A stretch of 47,222 nucleotides of DNA from positions 10,318 to 57,539 of the forward strand of contig DZDC01000001.1 in the NCBI GenBank assembly GCA_022736595.1. Direction: 5' to 3'. Positions 1 through 12,000 of this stretch are shown in pieces. The notes beneath the pieces were generated by a model. It did no database searches. It was not told where the DNA came from and saw only the letters and a program-made list of their open reading frames with translations. Positions within the stretch are counted from its first letter, which is position 1. Every line of letters starts with the position of its first letter. The stretch is from Draconibacterium orientale. GTDB taxonomy: Bacteria; Bacteroidota; Bacteroidia; Bacteroidales; UBA1556. Made by a program: the position numbers and the translations under genes.

Positions 1-1619
1 CTTCGCAAGGTGCAGCTGCATCAGCAAGCTTTGTTCATCTAAAACAAATCTTGACGGCCTTCGAATCGTATTTAGGTCCTTATCGTTGGGAACGTATTGG
101 CTATGTTGGAGTGCCCTTTTCGGCAGGAGCCATGGAACACGCCACCAGTATTCATATCGGAAATTCGTATCTCAATGGTACTTTAGATTACGAGACATTG
201 ATAGCGCATGAATTGAGCCATCATTGGTTTGGCAATTTGGTGACATGCCGCACGGCTGAGGATATGTGGCTCAACGAAGGCTGGGCGGTTTTTTGTGAAT
301 CCTTATACCAAGAGCATTTGTACGGTAGAACCGCTTACGATATGAATATGCGCACCAATCTTAATCAAGTGATTTTCAATACTCACGTCCAAGATGGCGC
401 TTATTATGCGGTTGCGGGCGTTCCCCATTCAATCACCTATGGTAGTACCGTTTATGACAAAGGCGCTACCGTTGCGCATAGCTTGAGAGGTTATTTGGGC
501 GACATTATTTTCTTCTCAATGATTAAATCGTATATGCAAACCAAGGCCTACGGAAACCAAAGTAGTGCTGAATTTAGGGATTTTATTACTCAGTTTTCGG
601 GAATAAACATGAATGACTTTTTTGATGCATGGGTGTTTAGCCCTGGGTTTATTGACTTTACTGTAGATAGTTTTGCAGTGGTGGGGCAAGTGGGGAACCA
701 GTATTTGGTTAGAGTGGATATGCGTCAAAGCTTGCTTCACAAAACCAATTACGCCAACTCAAATCGGCTTCCCCTCAGGTTTTGGAACACCAATGGAAGT
801 TTTGTCGATTCCGTGATTGAATTTTCAGGAGCCAAAGGATTTCAATCGTATTATTTTAATTTTGTGCCCAGCCAAGTGACCTTAGACCCTGCTCAAACTT
901 ATGCAGGAGCATTTATTCAATATTCTGAATACATGCATGTTAATGATAATAAAACCTTTGATTTGGCGTATTATAAACACAAGATTAATCAAGCCATTGA
1001 TTCTACCTATTTTCAAATTATTCATCACTTTACCGCCCCAACCACCGAAGGTATTACTTATGCCGGTTTGCACCTTAGCTCGAAGCGATATTGGACGGTC
1101 AACTATGTAGGCCAGACAAATGATGTGGAAGGCTATTTTAGATATTGGCGCACTGCACAATGGGATTCAGATATTATCACCAATAGCGCTGATTCATTAG
1201 TATTGCTTTATCGGCCCAAAGGAGGAGTGCCTTGGCAAAAGGTAAATTTTGAAAAGCAAGGCAATTGGGTGGTGGGATGGTTGAAGGTAAATCATCTCCT
1301 TTCTGGTGAATATTGTCTTGGAGTTTATGACGCTGATTATCTTGGAACAACGAATTCAAGATCAGAGCAAGCGGTTTCATTCCATGTGTTTCCAAACCCT
1401 TCGGATACTGATTTTGCATTTTTTACCAACTATCAACAACCTGCAATAGTGGAAATTAGGGACATAAACGGACGATGGGTAGATCGTATAAAAATTAATA
1501 ATGGGCAGGCAAAATGGAAACCTACGGATTTAAAAACAGGAACTTATTTAGTAGTTTTATACGACGAAAATGAACAAATCATTGCAAACACAAAGATCAT
1601 ATATGAAGGTAAAAAGTAG
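1..1619 (+). CDS. M1-family zinc aminopeptidase with a T9SS C-terminal sorting domain. It is 5'-truncated by the window edge, and the frame is open from nt 3.
   Basis: The reading frame is open back to the window start; the listed 'M' at nt 51 is a TTG codon. It has the gluzincin motif HELSH-x18-E (HELSHHWFGNLVTCRTAEDMWLNE) and the exopeptidase motif GAMEH, a GAMEN variant. The C-terminal ~80 aa (FHVFPNPSDTDF...GTYLVVLYDENEQ...) match the type-A Por/T9SS CTD pattern. Confidence 0.85.
   Translation, partial: SQGAAASASFVHLKQILTAFESYLGPYRWERIGYVGVPFSAGAMEHATSIHIGNSYLNGTLDYETLIAHELSHHWFGNLVTCRTAEDMWLNEGWAVFCESLYQEHLYGRTAYDMNMRTNLNQVIFNTHVQDGAYYAVAGVPHSITYGSTVYDKGATVAHSLRGYLGDIIFFSMIKSYMQTKAYGNQSSAEFRDFITQFSGINMNDFFDAWVFSPGFIDFTVDSFAVVGQVGNQYLVRVDMRQSLLHKTNYANSNRLPLRFWNTNGSFVDSVIEFSGAKGFQSYYFNFVPSQVTLDPAQTYAGAFIQYSEYMHVNDNKTFDLAYYKHKINQAIDSTYFQIIHHFTAPTTEGITYAGLHLSSKRYWTVNYVGQTNDVEGYFRYWRTAQWDSDIITNSADSLVLLYRPKGGVPWQKVNFEKQGNWVVGWLKVNHLLSGEYCLGVYDADYLGTTNSRSEQAVSFHVFPNPSDTDFAFFTNYQQPAIVEIRDINGRWVDRIKINNGQAKWKPTDLKTGTYLVVLYDENEQIIANTKIIYEGKK
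1378..1616 (+). other. T9SS (Por) type-A C-terminal sorting domain of the M1 peptidase
   Basis: It shows the motif order v-F-PNP-s-d...I.I.D..Gr.V...........L..GtY.v, typical of Bacteroidota CTD cargo signals. Confidence 0.75.
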
Positions 1620-2841
1620 CTTAATCCTTTGGATTGTTTTTGTAAATCTTTTGGTATTCGACGCCATGGGGCAGAATGCAAGGGTGAAGTTTAAATTGAC
1701 TTCCAAAAATTCGGACTGTTCTGGAGCCATAGATATTTCAAAATTCGACAGCGTTGAGGCTTCGGTACCGATAGGAGCGGGTCAAGTTCAAAATTTTAAT
1801 TCTCAAAAAGGCGATTTAAGGTCGTTTGAAAAGGAGCATAATGTGGTTTGGTATTCTTTAACCATTGCCCAAGATGCTGTATTAAGTTTAAAAATTATAC
1901 CTTTTCAAAGTACCGATGATTATGATTTCTTATTGATTCAAGCCACCGATTGTCAAGGCGTTAATTCTAAAGCGTATGAGGTGGTTCGTAGTAATATAAG
2001 TCGATCAGATCAAGAGCGAGAAGGAATTACAGGTTTATCAGAAGAAGGAATGACGCCTTTTGTGCACGAAGGCAAAGGAAATGCTTTCAGTGTTCCCATT
2101 GAAGTAATGCAGGGAGAGCACTATTTTTTGGTCGTTGATAATGTTTATGAGCAAGGGCAAGGACACTTATTAGTGATGGAGTGGAAGACAATCGTTAAGC
2201 CAGTCGAAGGTCAAAAACAATATTTTCAAATCATTGACACCAAAGATTCGAGTAAAATGACTGCATGGATTAAGGTTTTTTCAAGAGAACAACTTCAGGG
2301 TCAAACGCATACTGACACCTTGGTTACAGGCGAGCTGGGAACTTTTGAATTGCCCATGGATGGTAAGCATTATTATTTAGAGTTGAGCAAAGAGGGATAT
2401 TTTAGTCAGTCACGAGCTTTGGACCGAATAGGTGAACAAGACACCTTATATATAGGTATGAAATCCATGGCAGTTGGATCTACCTTGGTACTTGAAAATA
2501 TTCACTTTCAAGGAGGCTCTGCAATATTTACAGGTAATTCCCAAACTGCTTTACGACAACTCTATAAAGTAATGAAAGATAGTCCCAATTTAGTTATTGA
2601 AATTCAAGGACATGTAAACTTGGCAGATAACAGTAATTCTAAGAAAACGGAGGAGTATTACAACCAATTAAGCACTGATAGAGCAAAGGCAGTATATGAT
2701 TATTTGAAAAAAAGAGGAATCTCAGAAGATAGGATGGAGTACCGTGGTTATGGCTATTCAAATATGATTAATCCACGACCCAAAACCGTGTTACAAATGG
2801 AACAAAATAGACGTGTTGAGATACTGATTCTAAAAAATTAG
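1603..2841 (+). CDS. OmpA-family (peptidoglycan-binding OmpA_C) envelope protein with an uncharacterised N-terminal domain and a carboxypeptidase-regulatory-like middle domain
   Basis: The ATG at 1603 gives a signal peptide (MKVKSSLILWIVFVNLLVFDAMGQ) and overlaps the upstream stop by 17 nt. The C-terminus carries OmpA_C motifs: LENIHFQGGSAIF, TDRAKAVYDYLKKRGISEDRMEYRGYGYSN and NRRVEILI. Confidence 0.85.
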   Translation: MKVKSSLILWIVFVNLLVFDAMGQNARVKFKLTSKNSDCSGAIDISKFDSVEASVPIGAGQVQNFNSQKGDLRSFEKEHNVVWYSLTIAQDAVLSLKIIPFQSTDDYDFLLIQATDCQGVNSKAYEVVRSNISRSDQEREGITGLSEEGMTPFVHEGKGNAFSVPIEVMQGEHYFLVVDNVYEQGQGHLLVMEWKTIVKPVEGQKQYFQIIDTKDSSKMTAWIKVFSREQLQGQTHTDTLVTGELGTFELPMDGKHYYLELSKEGYFSQSRALDRIGEQDTLYIGMKSMAVGSTLVLENIHFQGGSAIFTGNSQTALRQLYKVMKDSPNLVIEIQGHVNLADNSNSKKTEEYYNQLSTDRAKAVYDYLKKRGISEDRMEYRGYGYSNMINPRPKTVLQMEQNRRVEILILKN

Positions 2842-3015
2842 TATAAATAGCACTTTTTTTGCCATAGATAAGCCTTGTAAATCTGTGGATTAAATGAAAA
2901 AAATAAAAATAATCACGTTGTTATATATGCAACAAAAAATATTTTAATGATGTTTTTATTACTTGTATATTCGCAACTCACATTTTATAACACATTTTCA
3001 CTAAACATTTATACT

Positions 3016-6000
3016 ATGAGAAATCTAATCTTTACATTTATTCTAGTGCTTTTTAGTTTGGGAGTTATGTCCCAATCCGTTGTTTTTCAAGAAAACTTTG
3101 AAAACTTACCTTTGAGTATGACCTCCAGTACGACCGGAACATCTCAAGCGGGTATTTGGGTTCAAAACAGTAGGCTTGCTACCCAAGGTCTAAAGAGCGA
3201 CTCGGCAAGAGTTACATTGGGAGATACTACCTATCTCACATCTAACACTTTTTCCACACTGGGCTTGTACTCAGTTTTCCTCTATTTTGATCAAATCTGT
3301 AAAACGCAGTATTATGATGGAGGAGTAATTGAAGTTTCTGCTAATAATGGTGCTACATGGACTCCCTTAAATGGATCGCAATACATGGGTGCCGGTCAGT
3401 TTGGAACTATTGGTAATAAATTTTCAGGCGGTAGTTATATCGACTGGCTACTTACCAACGTAAATGCTATTCCAACCAGTACTTGGTGGAAGAGCGAAAC
3501 TTTTGATTTGTCGTTGTTGATTCCTAACACAGCAACAGCAAAAATTAGATTTAAACTTTTTGATGGAGGAATGGTCCTTGATGGATCAGGGGGTGCCGCA
3601 GGTTGGTTTTTGGATAGCATCCGGGTTACTGCCTCGCTTTCTGAAATGATCAAGCCAGCAATTTCACTTATTTCTCCTTATCCCCACGACACCGTTTACG
3701 GTGCTGGCCCTTTTAACTTAAAAGCTAAAATTACTGATGCCTCAGGAATTGATACCGCTATAGTTCATTATCTAATTCAACCAGGAAATATTACCGGAAC
3801 CATTGGTATGAATATGACCACTACTGATACCTTTGCTGCTGTTCTACCTTTCCCAGGATTTGGACGTTCTGTATTTTATTACATCAATGCAATTGATGGG
3901 TCTATTGCAGCTAACTCTGACTCTACAAATAACTTTTGGTATTATTGCAAATATTCAACCGGTAGTTCGGGTACGGTAGGTACAGGCACCTCTTCGGTAT
4001 CTTATTTATATAATACATTTTGGCACGATTCAAGAGCTCAAATGCTTTACACTGCGGCAGAACTTAGTGCTGCTGGACTGAGTGGGGGAAGCATTTCAAA
4101 AGTTGGTTTTAATATAGAGACTGTAGGTGGTCAAGCCATGGAAAACTTCAATATTAAAATGAAGAATACTTCCGCAACTTCCTTAACCGCTTTTGATAAT
4201 ACAAACTTAAGTACAGTTTATAGTGCAACTTATACCGTTCCTGGAACTGGCTGGCAAAACATAAATCTTACTACTCCTTTTGTTTGGGATGGAGTAAGCA
4301 ATTTAATTGTTGAGGTATGTTTTGATAATACAAGTTACACCTCTTCAACCACTGTTTATGCAACCCCTATTACTGGAATGGTATGGTCTCAAAATGCTGA
4401 TGGAGCTGCTGGTTGCCAATTTTCTGGAGGTTACGCTCAATCCAGTAGAGTTAATATTAAACTCGAAGCGGTTGGAGTTTCTGGTATTTCTAATGATATT
4501 GGAGTTTATACCATCACCAGTCCCACTGGTGGAGTTATAGCCAACCAAGCCTTTGATGTGAAGGTTCAAATGAAGAATTTTGGAGTGGATACCATAAATA
4601 CTGCCACCATCAATTGGATTTTTGATGGCGTAGCTCAAACTCCATATTCATTTAGTGGAATTTTATTGCCTGGAGCTTTAAGTAGTGAAATTTTATTGGG
4701 CTCAAAGACGGTTTCAATAGGTTCACATTCCTTTACCGCATGGACCGATAATCCTGATGGTAATCTCGATAATAATATTGCAAACGATACTTCTAGTTTT
4801 GATTTTTATGGCTGTGCAAGTACGCTTTCCGGTGCCTACACCATTGGTGGAACCTCGCCTGATTATGCAACCTTTACGGCTGCAGCTTTAGCGTTGAACC
4901 AATGCGGTATCAGTGGACCGGTAACTTTTAATGTAGCAGCTGGAACCTACAATGAGCAAATATTGCTTAATGCCATTAGCGGTTGTACGAGTACCAATAC
5001 CATTACTTTCAAAGCAGCCAATAACGACAGTACCTCAGTAGTATTACAAAAAGATGCTACTGGAAATGTGGATAATTACGTAGTTACTTTAAATGGTGCT
5101 CAAAATATCTTCTTTAAGAATATGACCGTTAAGGCCTTGGATTCGACTTATTCAAAGGTATTTGTTTTAAAAGGTAACGTTGCTAATTTGGGCATAAATA
5201 ATAGTATTATTGAAGCTAGTATTCGCTCTAATGCAAATAACGATAAGAGCATATTGGTTTCAAGTAGCAATGCCTTAGGAAATACCATTGTATTGACCAA
5301 TAATATCTTTAACAAGGGTAGCCAAGCCATCAATTTACTTGGAGATTCATCCACTACAGGTTGGAATATTTCTAACAATAAACTGATCAATCATTACAGT
5401 GCGGGCATCAATCTTGCTAACGTAACTTCGCCCACTGTTAATGGAAATACTATTGAGGCTTCTCACAGTAATTCAGCTTCTTATAATGGTATTCGTTTAA
5501 CCAATACCTATGGATCTCCAAGCGTGCAACGTAACAAGATTCAAACTGATTCTACCCAAATGGCCTATGGTATTAGCTTTATTGATGCAGTACATGATTC
5601 TTTGAATCCTGCTCTTATTGCTAATAATATGATTCGTTTGAATACCAACAGTACCACATCAACGCTTTCAGCAGGTATTTTGGGTTACCAATCAGTGGCA
5701 TTCAATGTGTATCATAACACCGTATTAATAGTTGGTAATCAAACTAATAGTACTGCCATTACATTGTATGATTTACCCGCAATGGCTGGAACCTCACAAA
5801 AGATTAAAATTGTAAACAACATTTTTGTAAATAATGCCAAAGGTTATATATACTATGTTACCAATGTGGATACTGCTTTATGGTACGACGCACATAATAT
5901 ATTATACAACTTTAACCAATCCACTGTATTCAGTTACTTAGGTGCAGCGATTAATAATTACACTTCATGGATTACCAATAGCGGTACACTTAATTCAGAT

Positions 6001-9000
6001 ACCATCGATCCTTACTTCTATTCATGGACCAATTTGCATATTGCAAATAATAAAGTAAATGGAAAAGGTGTGGCCCTGGCCTCAGTAACTACCGACATCG
6101 ATGGCGAAGCTCGCAATGCCACCATTCCGGATCCTGGTGCTGATGAATTTACACCATCGCCTTATGACATTACCACTTTAAATGTTGTAACCCCCAATTC
6201 TGCTTGCGGATTGAGCACTACTGAAACCGTATCTATCCAAATCAAAAATATTGGAAGTGCCGTGATTAATGGTGGACTCACTGCCAGTTACAAAGTGAAC
6301 GGTAATACCTCAGTTACTGAAATAGTTACCAATGTGATGAGCCCTGGAGATACGGTTATCTTTACTTTTGCAACTAAAGCTAATTTTGATGTTACTTCAA
6401 ATGGGCAAGATTCAACCTTTAATCTAAAGGTGTGGGCTAACCTGACTGGTGATAACGTTTACCAAAACGATTCATCGTTTGCAGAGATAGTTTCAGGTTA
6501 TATTCCTGCTTTAGTTACAGTGCAAAATGATACCATTTCTTATGGACAAAATACTGTTTTTACAGCTTTAGGAAATAATATCTATTGGTGGGCTGATGAT
6601 ACCACTAGTGTTTATTTGGCTAATTCAGGCTCATTTACCACCCCATTTTTGTACGATACAACCACCTATTGGGTATCGGATCGCGCAGGAACGCCTAACG
6701 TACAATTGACAATAGGTAATGGAACCAGTTATAATGGAAGCTCCAGCTATCCCTGCGCTTATTCTAATTATTATTGGGGAAATAAAGAGCAATATTTAAT
6801 TCTTGCTAGTGAACTCAATGCTTTAGGCATGTCAGCAGGTTCTATTAATAGTTTAGCTTTAAATGTTGTAGCGTTGAATTTAGTTCCGGCGTTGGATAAT
6901 TATAGCATAGCTATTGGACAAACCAACCTTACAAGCCTTACATCTACTTTTATATCAACTAACTTGACCACTGTGTTCAGCCCTTCTTCCTCCTATATGC
7001 CAGTCGCAGGTTGGAATACGCATTCATTTTCCAGTCCATTTATTTGGGATGGTATTTCTAACATTGTCGTTCAAACTTGTAGCAACAACTCTTCTTATGT
7101 CTCAAATGGAAATGCAAGTGTAGAATATACAGTCACCACATTCCCTTCTGTAACACATAATCATCAAGATGCCAGCGGTACTTGTGCTTTGACTACTGGG
7201 AGTGTTTCAAGTAATAGGCCTAATATTAAATTAGTAGGTACTGCAAGTGGTTGCTTTGGGGACAGATCTTCTGTAACTGCAGTGGTAATAGGCTTCCCAA
7301 CTTTGGATGCTGGATTGAACACTTTTGTTAGTCCATCTCCTGAAATTGATGAAACACAACTTACTTCTGTTAAGGTAATCTTGAAAAATCATGGACAAAA
7401 TCCATTAACTTCAGTGAAGATTCCAGTGATTGTAGATGGCGTTGCAATTGATACATTATTTTACACAGGCTCTATTACTTATAATAATGTTGATACAGTA
7501 ACTCTTCTTGCAAATTATAATTTTACTGCAGGCAATCATACTTTGAAAGCTTATACTTATTATCCTAATTCAATGAATGATACCATTCACTCCAATGATA
7601 CCATTTCATTGAGTTTTGTGGCAAGAATGAATGGAACCTATACCATTAGTAATACCAATGCTAGTGCTGACTTTGCAACTTTTACCGATGCTGTAAGCAC
7701 GTTAAATGGCGTTGGAATTATTGGATCAGTAGTCTTCCTTGTTGATTCTGGTAGTTATACCCAGCAAATTTCGATTTCTTCAATTGATGGGGCTAGTGCT
7801 ACCAACACCATTACTTTTAAATCGGCCAGTGGAGTTAGAACTGATGTAGTATTGCAGTTTGCTTCATTTGGTTCTTCAACTAATTATGTGCTTAAAATTA
7901 ATGGGGGCGACTTTATTACTTTCCAAGATATGACCCTTAAAGCTTTGGGGGCCAACTATGGTGGCGTAATTGAAATGGCGGCCAATAGTTTGAATATTAC
8001 TTTTGATAACTTGATTATAGAATCCATCAGTTCCACCAGTTCCTATGCAAGGGGAATGTATGCGTCTGCCGGGCCAACACATAATTTGGTGATTAAAAAC
8101 AGTTTGTTTTCCAATTGTTATTATACCATTTATGTCAATGGTTCTAGTTCCAATTATAATACTGGAATGGTGATAAATAATAATATCATTGAAAATGCTG
8201 GTTATTATGGCGGATTATATTTAACCTATGCTGCTGGGGCTTTAATAACAGGCAATACCATTACTTCTATGGCTAATTTTTCTGGAGGCTATGGTTTGTA
8301 CCTCGCTAATTGTAATGCAGGCACTAAAGTACTGGGCAATAAAGTACACATGAATCTAAGCCCTACTGCTTATTCAGGATATGGTATTTATTTGTACAAT
8401 ATTACAGGAACTAACACGGCAAAGAATATTGTGGCTAATAACTTTGTTACATCCTTGGGTGGATCCACAACCAATGCTTATGGAATCTATTCTTTAAGTA
8501 ATACAAATACTGATATTTTTTATAATTCAGTAAATATGAAAGGATTGAGTGTTACAAGTCATGCATTGGATGTAAACAGCGGTGCTGCTCCCGCTTCAGT
8601 AAGATTGGTTAATAACGTATTGTACGATTCTACGGGTTATGCATTCTATGGAAGTGGAGTAAGTGGTATTTCTACCATGAATTACAATTCCTACGCTACT
8701 GATGGATCTAAATTTACTTATTGGAATGGTAACAATGCTGACTTAGAAGCATTGAAAACAGCCTCCGGTAAAAATGCAAACTCTGTACAGTTTAAACCTG
8801 TATTTACTTCAAATACCGATCTTCACTTACTATCTACTCAATACACGGGTTATGGTACTCCATTGTCCTCTGTTACTACTGATATCGATGGAACCCTCCG
8901 TGGAATTAACGCTACCACCATTGGTGCTCATGAAGTGCCTCAGCCGGTAGTAGATTTGGGCTTGGTTAAAATCTTAGATTTAACTTCTAATGAGGTTGAG

Positions 9001-12000
9001 TTTGATAGCATTCACATGAGATTAGTTATTCGTAATTTTGGTTCTGACTCCATTCCTTCCTTTAGTATTAATTACACTTTAAATGGAGGAGCACCTGTTA
9101 CAGATAACTTCAACTATATTTTCCATTCAGCTGAGGTAGATACTTTAACCCTCACTGCTTTTGTAGTACCTGGAGGTCAAAATAATATTTGCATTAATTC
9201 TGTTACTCCTAGTGATGCTAATATTTACAATAATCAATTGTGCAAAAACTTCTACGGCCAACCTATAAAGGATGCTTATGTAATTAGCATGAAATCAATT
9301 GAAGAATATTGCGGTATGACTACCGATACCGTTACCATTACCATTGTAAATATTGGCTTTGATACCATTAATGGAGTAGGTGACCCTATCACCACCGTAT
9401 CCTATCAAAGCAATAATTTTGCAGTAGTAACTGAAAACCTTACTGCTCAAATTCTGCCTAATAGTACCTTAGTGTATAACTTTGTACAACAAGTTTATGT
9501 TGGAACTAACAACTTGATTGATAGTACTTACAATATTAAAGCTTGGATTAACCTAGTTAATGATAATGTGGCGGTAAATGACTCAGCATCAACTGAAGTT
9601 ACTTCCTTTCATATTCCTTTGGTACCGGTGGTGGTGTCTCCTTTCAACGTAGTTTATGGATCGCCAGCAACACTTATTGCTACTTCAGTGGATACCGTGC
9701 TTTGGTACACAGGCGCCACTGCTATCAATTACTTCCATTATGGAAGCAGCTATACTACAGGTTACAATTATAATAACGACACATTGTGGTTAGCGGCCTT
9801 GAATGGCAAGGCTGATTTGAAAATTACGGAAATTGTGCAGTTTAAAACAGGAACTGGATACACTAATCCTTACCCAGCATATATGTCAACAGGCGATTTT
9901 GATGGATTCGAGATATCTAATCTTGGGTCTGATGTACAAATGCTTGGTGGTTGGACTGTACATGTAAGAGGTGCGCAGATTATTGATTATACATTCCCAT
10001 CTGGAACAGTTCTAAATGCAGGAGAAGTATTAACTTGTCTGTATGTGTCAGGGGCTACAGTTGGCGCAGCAGGAAATAATTTGTACTATTTAGCTACAAA
10101 TAGTTCCATAAGCTCAAGTTCTCTTGTTGGATATATTCTCAAGGACAATATTGGAAATGTAATTGACGCAGTTGCAACGAATAACTATACATTTGCATCA
10201 GCAGACGGGGTAACTTCAGCTGATTGGTCTGGTACAGTTTCAGGCTTATCTGGATTGGCTGGTGCGGTTCGTATAATTTCTGACAATAATACATCCTCCG
10301 ATTGGTCAGCTACTAATGTAAGTTCTTCTTCATTTGGTGCTTCTAATTCACAGCTTGGAAGTTCCATGAATGGTTGTGTTTCAGCAAAAGTTCCACTTAT
10401 AATAAATGTTACTGGTCAGCTTGCAAGCGATGTTGGGACAGTGGCACTTTTAGAGCCAATATCAATGTTAAATCTCTCAAATTCTGAAACCGTTAAAATA
10501 AGGGTTAGGAACTTTGGAACTGCTGCTTGTGACACAATTCCAGTGGGTTATAAGATTAACAACGGCAACGTGATTTGGGATACAATTTACAATGCCATAT
10601 CGGCAGGTGATAGTATTGAATTTACATTTAGCCAACATGCTAATCTTGGTATCCAAGGAAACACATATAACTTTAAGGCTTTCACCTCACTCTCTTCTGA
10701 TTTGAACCAGCTTAATGACACTATCATAAAATCAGTAGTGAACATGATACCAAATTATTGCCCTTCTTATGCAACTTCTACTGTCGATGATGATATTGTT
10801 AATGTTACGTTCGCTGGAATGAATAATACATCACCTACTCCTTATACTGCTGTATATACCGATTATTCTACGAGTGTAGCTCCAGTTTTCGTGAACCCTG
10901 GAATGGCATTTCCTATTTCCATCGAGATTGGTTTCAGCTCATCATCTACGTATTCGGGTTATTGCGAAGTTTACATCGACTATAATAGGGATGGAACTTT
11001 TACCGAGCCCAATGAGGTTGCCTTCGGAGATGCTTATTCTGGTGCTCAAACCATTTCAGGTATTGTGACTATTCCTTTCAATGCCATTACTGGATTGACT
11101 AAAATGCGTATTGTTGCACGGGAGTCTGCCAATGCTGGTTCCGTTATGCCTTGTGGTACATATACTTGGGGAGAAACTGAAGATTATAATGTTATAATTG
11201 CTCCTAGTATTCCAATGGATGCAGGAGTGGAACGTATTGTTTCTCCTGGAGCTCTCTCTTCGGCTACTGCAGCTTCATTCAAAGTTCAAGTGCGTAATTA
11301 TGGAACCGATACCATCAATTCAGTGGATGTGAAATACTCGGTTAATAATGGAAGTGTAAACTCTTACACTTATAACATTACTCCAATTTATCCTCTTGAT
11401 AGTGCAATTGTTGATTTGGGTAACCTAAGCATGCAAATGGGGGCAAACGTTATTAAAGTATATACACAGCTCCTTGGTGATACCAATAATTTAAATGACA
11501 CATTAGTAAAATCGCTTTATCGCGAAGCGGTTATGATGTTGCCTTATACCGATAATTTTGAAGGTGCAAATTACTGGATTCCTGATACCATTACTAATAT
11601 TTGGGAACTCGGAACTCCATCAACTACCTACATCAATGGAGCTTATAGCCCTGTTAATGCTTGGGTAACTAATTTGGATGGTAATTATTCTGATGGTCTT
11701 AACGATAATCTTTATTCACCCGTATTTAATATTCCAACTTACGCTGATTCTGCATACTTGAAATTCTGGCATAAGTATCAAACTCAGTCGGCTCAAGATG
11801 GGGGTACCATTCAGGTGAAAATTGATAATGGAGCATGGATTAACTTAGGTTTGCAAAGTGATCCTGATGCAATCAATTGGTACACCGATAATGTGGGCGG
11901 TACTCATATGTGGACGGGTTCACATGCTTGGCATAAATCGACCTATCGTTTCGATTTATCTACTCCAACTTCTCAGTTTTACAATTCAAGTACCATTCAG

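Noticed and set aside
2947-3015. N-terminal extensions suggested by the longest-ORF track (2947 for the giant gene, 1570 for ompA-like, 21551 for fabK-like, 46550 for fadN-like)
   Set aside because: In each case a downstream ATG gives a proper signal peptide or a family-typical N-terminus. The extension would also overlap the upstream gene or sit inside a terminator stem.
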